This document shows positions 38,901-50,106 of a stretch of 64,000 nt of DNA, one piece after another. The notes under the pieces were generated by a model, which worked only from the letters and a program-made list of their open reading frames with translations, was not told the origin of the DNA and ran no database searches. This DNA is from Anthoceros angustus (Eukaryota; Plantae; Anthocerotophyta), in assembly GCA_010909165.1 (NCBI GenBank), contig VJWM01000106.1, forward strand, positions 1,006,380 to 1,070,379, read 5' to 3'. The translations under genes and the position numbers were made by a program. Every line of letters begins with the position of its first letter. Position 1 is the stretch's first letter.

Positions 38901-40319
38901 GATACATGTTCGTGATAAGAGAAAGCATAATGCTTGCTTATTATTGAAATCCTTATACGGACTTAAGCAAAGCGCCATGAAATGGTATCACAAGTTAGAT
39001 GTCACCTTAAGGAGCTAGAGTTCACTAAGCTAAACTCGAGATAGCAACATTTATATCAAGAGACTAGGTAATGAATTCATTGTCTTAGGAGTATACGTAG
39101 ATGACATAGTTCTTATGTCTAATACTAAGGCTATTTTAGAAAATACCAACTATGCTAGCTAAGCGCTTCTCTATGACAACTTGTAGAGAACTTTCTTCTG
39201 CTTAGGCATCAGTTCTAAGAGATAGAAACGCTAGAAGCATCCTTATTCACCAATCCAAATACATCCAAGAGATTCTAACCAAGTTTAAGATGTTAGACGC
39301 TAAACCCATCTCTACACGCATGGAAATGAATCTTAAGCTTAGCAGGGAAGCGGACCAACAGGATGATACCTCCAATACTACTCCTCCTCCTTATTTCTCA
39401 GCGGTCGGGAGTCTTATGTATCTTATGGTTTGCACCAGACCAGATCTATCCTATTCAGTGGGAGCCTTGTCACAATTCCTATCAGCCCCTACTCAAGCTC
39501 ATTGGAAAGCGGTTAAGAGGATACTCAGATACTTAAGAGCAACCCCGGACCTAGGGCTGCTCTACCAATCACATATCAAACAAGGAGAGCCTTTACAACT
39601 AGAAGGCTTTAGCGACGCCGACTGGGCCGGCAACGTCAACGATAGGAAGAGCACAAGCAGCTATGTATACCTACTCGGAGGCACAGCAACAAGCTGGAGC
39701 AGCAAGAGGCAGTGTGGTCGTGACTCACCAACAGAGGTGAGTATTGCTCTTTAACACATGCTTGTAAAGATGGACTTTGGCAACTTCTACAACTTTCGGA
39801 GTTAGGCGAAATGCAAAGGATCCCCAGGCCTCTCTATTGCGATAACCAGAGTGCTATTGCACTCACGTATAATCCAAAGTTCCACGCGGGACGAAGCACA
39901 TAGAGGTGCAATTTCACTTCATAAGGCAAGTAGTTGATGAAGGCAAGTTTATAGTTGTTTATTGCGACGAGATGACGCGGACGTTTACGAAGCACTCAGC
40001 TCGATCAAGCATCAAGAACACGTGAAGAATATGGGACTAAGAAGAGTCTCGGTTACACACAAAGCTTAGCAAAGTTTGCACACATATATATATATATATA
40101 GCCTAAGGACTACATGCTAAGTGGGAGTGTTAAATGATAGCATTAGCCCTTAGGGCACGCTTCATTATTTAAGTCATTAGAGCTCAAGCGCCACCTTGAA
40201 TGGTCACCATTCAAAACGACAAGACAACACCGCTTGGGCAATGGCCAAGCCTACATTCGAACATTCTCTCGACTCTTATGCAATCTAATGTAAGATCCTC
40301 GAACGATCGCTTCTTCACA
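32977..40319 (+). mobile_element. Ty1/copia family A, copy 2 (both LTRs present, two internal duplications)
   Basis: LTRs 32977-33170 and 40128-40319 (TG...CA); PBS tggtatcgag at 33171; PPT before 40128; TSD TCTTC (32972-32976, 40320-40324); YVDD at 39094-39105; FSDADWAG RNase H. Confidence 0.95.
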
Positions 40320-40989
40320 TCTTCTGAATATCTTCGAAATCAATAGGATTGAAAACCGAGGATTATATAAGCCCAAGCCCGCCTAGGTATAGATATAATG
40401 TGTAAAGTGTGTCTGCAGGTGCTTATGTTCTTAGGACCTAATATGGTTAGTGCATATAACCCATATCGTATTGAGAGTTATATTCTCTCTCAATAAACTG
40501 ACTCTTGTCTTTATCTAGTTGCATCCGCTGATGTGTATGAATATATGGTCCTTCCATCCTTAGCGTATAAATAAAGTTGTTGTTGTTGTTGTTGTATCAA
40601 TATGGGTGTAATATTGGTGTGACATCCACACTAAAACCGGAGGACGCTCGATCAATCAAAACCCGGAATGATCGCTCGCTCCCCATTCCCCGTGATGACG
40701 TGACCTCGGCATCCGCTCGCTTGACCCCCAAATGTCCAGGCTTTGCCTTAAACGCGCGCGTGGCGTGACCTCGGCGTCCGCATTTTGACCCTGATGGCTT
40801 GCGGCTTTGCCTTAACGCGGCGTGGCCTCCGTGCTTTGCCTTAACGCAGCGTGGCCTCCGTGCTTTGCCTTAACGCAGGTGTTATAGGTCGATTGCGGTG
40901 CTCCAGAGCGGCAGCGGGGTCTGCTGGCGGCCGCTATCATTTCGAAGTTTCCTCCGCCACCGCAGAAGGGGACCGTGAGTGAAACAAGC

Positions 40990-41182
40990 TCCAACAACCT
41001 AGCATTTCCGCATCCTCTCAAACGCGCCAAGTCGCCATAGTGGAAGCTCACAGACCCAAGAATGAGCACGCCTTACTCGGAATGGCACCACAAGGATGCA
41101 ACGCAGCGCAAGACTGAGCGAGCATCGCATCCGCAAGGCGCAGCTCGACCTTGCCTTCCTCGTGGATGCTACATTGAGCATG
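40990..41182 (+). pseudogene. 5' stub of the type A gene (second junction copy)
   Basis: Same deletion and same junction (acattgagcatg|ctacttgcaagg) as at 26351. Confidence 0.8.
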
Positions 41183-41918
41183 CTACTTGCAAGGCGGTGG
41201 GACTCCAGGACCCCCAAAAGCCACGGATTCAGAGCTCCTGAGTAGCAATACTAAATTGGTGAAAGGAGATGGCCTCGAACTACTTTTTGAGCCGGATGGC
41301 AATGTTGCGTGACAAGCTGCAAAATGCCTCCCTCACAGCGATAGAGCGTGCCGGAGTGGGCTTTTCTACAGCCAACAACCGACTTGGCCCCTAAACTTGA
41401 GAAATGCGAAAGAGTCTCCCCAGCCACAGTGGCTAGCATAATGAACAATTCCAAAAACATTTGGACGGGTCCTGGAGTGAAGTAGTCCCGAGGTGGTCAT
41501 AGACCATTCCAAATACCCTAAAGAAAGACGAAAGCAGGTAAGGGCCACCAAAACCGGCTGTCGAGAGTAAAGGGCTCCCTTTGTTATTATCGCAGAGCCC
41601 AACCACCAAGCAAAGGGCGCAAAACAAGACTAGCCGGACAGATCCAAAAGAAAAGTGAAAGGCTTCAAAGAACAAGACAAGACTAGCCGGATATAGATCC
41701 AAAAGAAAAGTGAAAGGCTTCAAAGAACGCAAAACAAGACTAGCCGGGATACGGATGCAAAAAGAAAAGTGAAAGGCTTCAAAGAACTGCAAAACAAGAC
41801 TAGCGGGATCTGGACCCAAAAGAAAAGTGAAAGGCTTCAAAGAACCGCAAAACAAGACTAGCCGGAATATGGATCCAAAAGAAAAGTGAAAGGCTCAAAG
41901 AAGCGCAAAACAAGACTG
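41183..41918 (-). mobile_element. CRE-like RT fragment plus 60-bp minisatellite (copy 3; array ~41618-41918)
   Basis: Homologous to 8918-9700. Confidence 0.8.
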
Positions 41919-42389
41919 GTAGACTTTAAGAAGGAAATCATCCAAGCCAATCAAGTCGACGGAAGGACCAAGAACATATCTTCGTGTACTTCACCGCAAG
42001 AGGTCGGTACTTCAAAGACGTTGACTCGGTGAAGCTATAATCTTCTTTAATTTCTCAAGCTATGAGGTATTGCTAGTGGGACATACACGATGTGATGACA
42101 TGCCTCCAAATATTTTGACCAAAGGATTGACTTTAGATAAACATATTACGTTTAGCGATATGCTAGGCTTAAGAGAGTAATATCGATGTGTTGAATGGGA
42201 ATATTAAAAATCTATACGATTGGTGCAACACATCCCATATTAAAGTTCACTTAATAAGTCCTACAAGTGTATAGGACAAAATGGACAAAAATAGGATCTA
42301 ATAAGTTCATACCCACCGAGATTGTCAAGGCGAATCTAAATATGTATGCATAGCACACCTTTTCAGCATATGGAGGCTCGGATACCATG

Positions 42390-42946
42390 CCTGCTTGCCC
42401 CACCCGAATATACGCATGTCTCCATATTCATCATCAAAATCATGAAACGCCTGCCATGGCAAGGAGCGTCCGAATGTAAAGTAGAACGTAAAGAATGTAA
42501 AGAATGCTTTACATTCGGAGGTTCGAGAGCGTGGAGCCTTAGCCTTCCATCTCAAATCAGCCACGCCTCAAGCTTAAGCCATCGAAAACATCTTCAGACG
42601 CCGCCGCCAGCTTGCTTCCACACCCAATGGCCTTCATACTCATGCTCGTAGCATCCACCAGAACGCCACGCCCGTACCGCTCGGATGACAATCGAGCTCA
42701 CTGGCGGCTCCGCGTTGCCTCTTGGTTGTCGCTCAGGATCGAAGCTCATTCCTAGCAGCGAGCTTGGTTTTCACCATAGCCAGCGCTTGTGCTGGAAGTA
42801 TGCCAGCCGCCTTAGTCGATGACGTGCTCATTCCAGCCATGGCCGATTCGAGCCTCGCTTCCTCAACGATCCGGCCTCCCAATAGGCCTCCGCTATCTCC
42901 GGCAGCTAGGAGCTCCACGAGTCCGCCATCGCCCGGACACGGATCC
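42390..42946 (-). pseudogene. Type C relic (copy 3), interrupted at its 5' end by copia B
   Basis: Homologous to 10160-10760; the homology resumes at 49575. Confidence 0.75.
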
Positions 42947-45900
42947 TAATGCTTTATTAGCTTTATTTCGCTATCTGTGGATCATGGAGATGGCAAGAGA
43001 GCAGAATCTGGAAGAATGATTTGTCATTGATTATCAAGTAAGGTAACATCAGGTTCTTAAATAGCAGAGTGGTAACTGTCTAACTGTTCTAACTCGGAAA
43101 TGCTAACTACGAACTACATTTGTAACATGCTTCAACTGCATGATTACCAGAATGTAAATCCCAATACTCCCACTTAGTGAGCATTTGGAATAGAACTGTA
43201 CATACTAGAACTTGTAGCTAATGGCATTCAAGCCCTGAAGATAAAAAGGAATGATTCCTCATGCTTGAGTTCATAATCACATGTGCACCAGGACATGAGT
43301 CTCTATACCACACATGCTGAAGGAAAACATTAATAGAAAGAGAACATCTTCACGCCTGCGCTGGCCCTCCCTGTCACCAAGATGTTCGCCATTGCTCCAA
43401 TCCTCTTCTACATGATTGGACTTCAAGCTCCATAGTGGCCTTTGTTGTCTCGGATGTACAAGAATACGTACTTACAGAAACTCTAAAATGAGGTGAAGCA
43501 AGGTACAAAAGGACTCAAAACAACCAGTGAGAAGAGAAGGGAAATTCTAGTGATCAGCTCCCACTGGGTGACAAGAGTAGGAAAATTCTAGTGAGCTTTT
43601 CCCTCCTTTTCTACTGAAGGGATATCACACACACCTATAGCAATGACATGTTTCTCATGAACTGTCTTGGTCAAGGCCTTCGTAAGCAAGTCTGCAGTAT
43701 TTTCACTTGTAGGAACATAAGACACACTTACCTCCTTGCTGTCACAACCTTTTATAAAATGATGAGAGATCTCTATGTGTTTTGATCTCGCATGAAATAT
43801 GTGGATTTTGGACAAGGCAATAGTATTGGTTGTCGCACCACAATTGAGTAGGGCCTGGTTGGAGTTGTCGTAGGCCTGTCAAGAAACTTCTGACCCATAA
43901 AATTTCCTTGGCAGCCTGCGTCATGGCCCCATACTCTGCCTCCGTAGATGATAGACAGATGGTGTTCAGCTATTTAGAAGACCAAGATATCGGAGATGCT
44001 CCAAGGAACATACAATATGCTGCCACACTCTTCCTGGTGTCTGGGTCACCCGCCCAGTCCGCATCGCAGTAGGCTGTGAGTTGAAGACCATCCTTATGCC
44101 TACAAAACCGCAATCCCTTCCTTGAAGTACCTTTCAAATATCGAAAAATCCTCTTCACTGCCGTCCAGTGAGCAAGGCCTGGGTTTTCTAGAAACCGGCC
44201 GATGCACTATGCCTCTCGTTATATCGTCGGGTCCGGTTTGACAAGTAAATGAGTGACCACCGCCTATATGGCTTAGTAGCCATTTCAAGTTTTTCTGCTT
44301 CTAAACTAGGACATTGCCAATGAGGCTTTCTCCTACACTCATGGGGGTAGAGGCAGGATCGCATCGCCATATTGAACCTCTGCAAGAGCTGGTGCACAAA
44401 GTGCTCTTGATGTATATCTATAGTACTATCTTTGTTGTTGAAGTGGAACTGGACCCCTAAAGAGAAAGTGAGCTCTCCTAGATCTGTCATTTCGAATCTA
44501 GAAAGTAGAACTTGCTTAACCTTATTCATCAATCAACAACCACTGGTAAAGGAGCAGCAACAGCAGTGGGTAAGCATCCCCCCTGTGATCCCATAGGAGG
44601 ATCATTCTCAAAAAGAGAGACAGTTGAAGTGTCATCAGAGTGAGAAGGAACACCATAGATTGAAGGAGGATCTGGCTGAGAAGTGGGAAGCAAATTGGCA
44701 GCATGGCGTTGCAGCAATACAGATTCCTTGAAAACAACACTGCGAGCTATGGTGAGTTGGTAGAGGGATCAAAAGTTTGTACCCTTTTACATCTTGAATA
44801 GCCCACAAAATATGTCGAGTTGCTTTGGAGTCGAGCTTGGTCCTCAAGGCGATGGCACAAGCGCATATGCGAGAGATCCAAAGATTCAAGATGCTTCACT
44901 CGAGGTTTGTTGCCATCCATCTTTCATATGGAGTCACTTGACCAAGCTCCTTGGAAGGCGACGGTTTTGCACATAATTTCGCCATAAGGGCCTCACCAAT
45001 ACCCTCGTGTCAATCCAGCAAAATTTAAGGAGGCCAGAGTGGCTTCCTGTAAAGTCCTGTTCTTACGTTCTGAGAAAGAGTTACGCTGGGGTGTAGGAAC
45101 AAAGTGAATTGATGTTGGATGCCCTCGGCACAAAATGAAGCAAAAGCACTTGGTATACTCGCCTCCATTGTCGCTGCGAAGTGTGCGAACCTGAGCTCCA
45201 GTTTGTCTTTGTGCATAAGTGACATATTGCTGAAAACAGTCCAGGGTCTCACTCTTGTGGCGAAGAGGAAACATTGTACAAAATCTGCTCCACTCATCTA
45301 TGAAAGTTAGGAAGTAAGAGGCACCGCCAAATGAAGTTGTTGACATGGGTCCGCAAATATCACGTGAATGGTCTAGGAGCCTGTAGCCTCGAGGGAAATC
45401 GGTCCTTAAAGGTAACGACATTTTACTAAGCTTGCAAGCTTCACAAAAGGTGGATCCTCAAAATGAAAATCAAGGGGTTCACGAAAGCTCTCGCCTTTGT
45501 TCGAAGAAGATATTGGAAATTCACATGACCAAGCCTACAGCAAAAGCCGGGTGGCAAAATCGTTGTTGGGACACACTAAGGGCTAAAGTGGATCTAACAT
45601 CCAATAAATACACTCATTGTAGGGAGTCCCGGAACTGATTTTTACCATCCTCATAGAAGAAATGATACAACCTCTAGTGTCGAAGCACACTCGGCAATGG
45701 TGTTCTTGAGCTAGCTTCATTACTGACATGAGGTTTTTGTCATGGTGGCACAAACAATACGCGATAATGAGTCGCCAAGGGGTTGGTAATTCTATAGTAA
45801 TCCAACCCTTAATGGAAAGACCGATTGCCTCCCAAAAGCACAAATTGCTTGTCATCCCCTGGAGTGAAGTGGTGAAAGACTTTCTATCAAAGCGGATGTG

Positions 45901-48900
45901 GTGGTTGCCTGAATCTAGGAACCGGTATCAAAGAGGTTTGAATGATGAAAGACAAACGCTAAAATGGTGGGCTGCTTAGCTTTGTGAGATAGGTTGCTTT
46001 CGGTGGGGAGAATCCTCACGAGGCTCTCCACTCTCTTTTTCTGCCTTTCTCAAAGTGCCCGGTATCTTACACGTGACATGTAAGAGACTTCTTGAGTGTT
46101 GGGGAACCTTTGCGCTGTCCCGAGAATGAAAACCTCGACCTCGCCTCATCCACGAAAGCCGCCTCTTGAAGAAAATAACACCTTCGTTGCTTGTAGTGGC
46201 TCCACGTGTCTTGTGAAGACCATGTGCACGCTCTTGAGGAGTGCACCCAAAACTTCTTCGAGGTAATGTCGTATCCGGCTGCACCGCTTGCCGCAGATGG
46301 TTGCATTATGGCTTCCAACAAAATTTTGATAGCTTTCGAGCGAGGCTATGGTACGGCTTGTACCTCGGTGAGGGTGTTTCCACAGTAGGCCAAATTGGCT
46401 CTACAAGTCCGAAACTTGTTGATGTAAGCTTCGACAGGCTCCTCGTCCTTCATCCTCAAGTTGAAAAAATCCCTATACGCGTGTACTAGGGATGTTGAGC
46501 TCTTATCTTGGTAGATCTGCTTAAACACCTTCCACACATCAGCAGCATTGACAGCTCCTATGGTGTGAGGGATCATGTTTCTATCCAGGGCAGAAATAAG
46601 AATAGACCTAGTGCGTCTATCTTTGCGTTCCCACTCAAGTTGTTGATCAGCACTTCTAGCGGGAGCTTTTACCTTTGGGTCTGACCCATCTGCAATCTGC
46701 ATAAGCTCATGCTCTTCTAGGATCTGGGTCAGTCTTAATGCCCAGATGTTGTAGTCAACACCATTGAACCTATCTTTATCTCTGAATTCTATTTTAAGAG
46801 GAGCTAAAGGTGTTGGATTTGCCATGGCTGCAGGACGGTTGAAGAAAACCTGACTAGTTCTATACAAAACAGCGTCTGTTTAGAAAGGGGTTTCTCCTGT
46901 CAAAAGGGGTTTTGGAAAAAATCCCAACCCTCTTTCGCCGGAAACTGAAGTTGGTTTGGTTTTTGTTGGTTTTTGTAGGTGTTCATCCATCGGTTTCGGG
47001 CATTCTCGGCTCGGCACCACTTCTGTCGAGTCATTTACACATGTTGGCGTATATACTCGAGTTCATGGCGATTTAGTCGGTGTGATGAAGGGCGATGACC
47101 TCATTGTTCCATAATTTCGTCATGTCCATAGTTTACGCATTTTGTGTGGTTTTGTATGTTTTGTATACTGGGGCCTAGGCGCATAAGTGCGTGCCTAAAC
47201 AATGCTATGTGCAAACTTGTACATGCACTGCAAAAAGAACGCTAAAATGATCTTCTAATGGGAAGCATGTCCTTTTGGCGGTCGAGGATGTCGAACTCCG
47301 ACAAAATAACAAGTAGCGTACATCGAGAGGTTCACCTAGACCACTCTATATACCTATCCTATGCCCTAATGCGACGAAGAACACCCTATCCCCTTTTTAT
47401 TCTTTACGGTGTTTCTCTCTTTCGGTGACCTAATAAGTTATCATCAAACATGCCGGGGGCCCGGTGGGTGAACAAGTGCATGCACTGGTAGCAGGTCTGG
47501 CACACAAGTGCATGCACCACGGGCAAGGGGCCGGGTGCGCGCACCGAGGGGCAAGGGGCCGGGTGCGCACTTGTGCGCGCACCATGGGGCAGGGGCCGGG
47601 TGCGCACTTGTGCACGCACTGGGATGCCGGTGCGCACACCAGCGCGCACCGAGGGGCAAGGGGCCGGGTGCGTGCGCGCACGCGCGCCGCACTGTGGGCA
47701 AGGATGCCGGTGCGCGCACCGAGGCAGGATGCGGTGCGCGCAGAGCAGGATGCCGGTGCGCGCACCGAGGCAGGATGCCGGTGCGCGCACCAGCGCGCAC
47801 TGGGGCAAGAAGGCCTGCCGGGAGCATGAACCCAAATGGTTCATGCCTCCTAGTGCATTCAGACGGTTCATCCAAAGAAAAAAGAGCAAAAAGTCTTTAA
47901 AATCCTAAAACCCTTAAAAATTACAAAAAGTCCAGTTTTTGAGGTGCGCGCGCAAGTCGACTTGCTCTAAAATTTTGACAAATTTTGCATTTTTTGTATT
48001 TGTTTTGATATTTTGTTGTTTTAAAGGGGTTCCTTTTGGCGTTTTCAACCTTTTTGTGCAGCACCCTAATGTGGATATGTTCTTATCTTTACTTAACCCT
48101 CATCTTTTTCTAGTGGTTAAAACTTTGAACTAGTAGTGAGAACCTTTTGCATCTTTTGAATCTAAAGACGCGTGGGCCCGACTCTAAGTGCAGACCATGC
48201 CACTCATTCTCGCACTAGGCGTGGATCAAGAGCATCAGGCCAAAGAAGATATTATTGTCCCAATGTCTAAGGAACAAAGTCTTGTAAAATTCTCGGAGCG
48301 AGAGTATAGTCATAGGATTGACTAGTATGAATGAAAGGTAGGTGCGCAAACAAGTTTGCGCACCAGTAATACAGCAAGCCCTAAAAACTCTAAATGTTTG
48401 TATACGTCCAACACCTAGCAATGATTGCGGATGTTGGAGACTGTTTAGATGTAAGTGCGCGCATAAGTTTCTTGTGAATGTCTAGTTTGAAAAAGCCGAG
48501 CGAGAATGGGACTTTAGGTTTTGCCACGTACTTGCAATCTACAATCTCAAATAACGTGTATCAAAACAATTATTCAAAAGGTTGCGGGTAACATGTCCGC
48601 AGAGAAATATCAAAAAGCGATTATAGTGCGGATTTTTCAAGTGCAAAAGGGTCCGCCAAGTCTCAGTGTGCAAAAGGGGTTTGGGAGAAACCCTTTCTAA
48701 ATGATTGCACAAGAGGGCTGCCGGAGAAAAATCCCACCGTAGTACTCTATGTGCTCAAACAGAAAGGAAAGATCATGCACTTCATCCTCTGAATCTGAGT
48801 CCGAGACATCTTGCATAAGCTTGAGTAATGTCTGCTCTTAATGAGAAGAGCTTCCACTGCTGGAAGCAGCGTGGATTGAAGAGTCTTTTTGGATGAAGTT

Positions 48901-49574
48901 GCGGCAGATGATGTCAAGAATGTGGAGGCTTCCAGACATTTTCTTGATCAAGTCAGACTGAGCATTTGCGCATTGCTGGAGTTCAGCGAGTTGAAGACGG
49001 TGGCCGAGTGCCTTCTTGGGGTTTGCTTGTCAACGTCCTTTCTCGATCCTTGAGAAATCTTCTTGCCGCTCCAACAATTACTCCTGGGAGCTCGAGGCTG
49101 TTATCGTTGAGCAAGGAGTGGACTCTCTCAATCTTGTTAGGCTGTGATGTGGAGCGCTCCAATCGCTCTTCAGCTTGACAATCTGGGCACAAGAGAGGGC
49201 GGCGAGGAATTGGCTTGGCGTTGCGTCTTGGGGATGAGACCACGCCTTTTCTCTCTGTCATTTTCCCTCGCGAATGATGCCACTCACTTGTCCGCACCGC
49301 GTTCCTGCGATCAACATCCAAAAATCAGATCCGGGCTCTGATACCATAATGCTATTAGCGATAGCTGCATTCTGCTATCTGTGGATCACAGGAGATGGCA
49401 AGAGAGAGCACATAATCTACAGAAGAACAGATTTGTCATTGATTATCAAGTAAGGTAACATCAGGTTCTTAAATAGCACAGGAGTGGTAACTGTTCTAAC
49501 TGAAAATGCTAACTACCAGAACTACATTTGTAACATGCTTCAACTGCATGATTACCAGAATGTAAATCCCAATA
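42947..49574 (-). mobile_element. Ty1/copia LTR retrotransposon family B with TA...TA LTR termini and a long 5' leader
   Basis: LTRs 49347-49574 and 42947-43166; PBS TGGTATCAGAGC (49335-49346); PPT taagtgggag (43167-43176); TSD GATCC (42942-42946, 49575-49579). Gag 46346-46826 (FNGVDYNIWALR); integrase DICGP / LRSDNGGEY; RT C-terminus MTDLGEL; RNase H YCDADWAG. Confidence 0.95.
47505..47815. repeat. GC-rich array built on the palindrome GGTGCGCGCACC inside the copia B leader
   Basis: ~25-bp units (gaggcaggatgccggtgcgcgcacc; ggggcaaggggccgggtgcgc) are visible. Confidence 0.85.
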
Positions 49575-50106
49575 GATCCACCTCCCAGATGCGGCAATTG
49601 CGAACGAGTTCGAGGACGGTCGCGCGCATTCCTTTTCGCCTGATTTCTACTTGAGCCTACGCCCCATTCTGCTTCAAACGTACGAGCGTGGGGCAGTCAG
49701 GTAACTGATTGTTACTGATCTTACTGCTTCAGCCGTGAAGCCATTAAAACAAGTAATGGACGGAGGGATTTGCAGAATGTTACGGGATCATTACAAAGTT
49801 TCTCAAGGACCGGGTAACGTTCCACGTTCTACTCAAATTCTCCCGCATCCACCTGGGGTTCACATCCTGCGGTGCTCTGGAGACTATGAATCCTCCGTAA
49901 ATTCTAGCTGTTTGCATTCTGGAAAAAGCTGCCGCACTACAAACACAAACGACGGTTCGGGTAAAGCGATGCAAGGATGGCTGCTATCATCTACCCAAAA
50001 TTTGGAAGCATCCAATCCAGCAAAGTAAGCACTTAACAACCCTACAAGCCTCTGCCTTACAATCCCTACACCTCTAAAATCCCTACAACCATCTGCCTTA
50101 ACATGC

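Noticed and set aside
47404-47908. Six overlapping ORFs of 110-160 aa
   Set aside because: By-product of a stop-poor GC-rich palindromic repeat.
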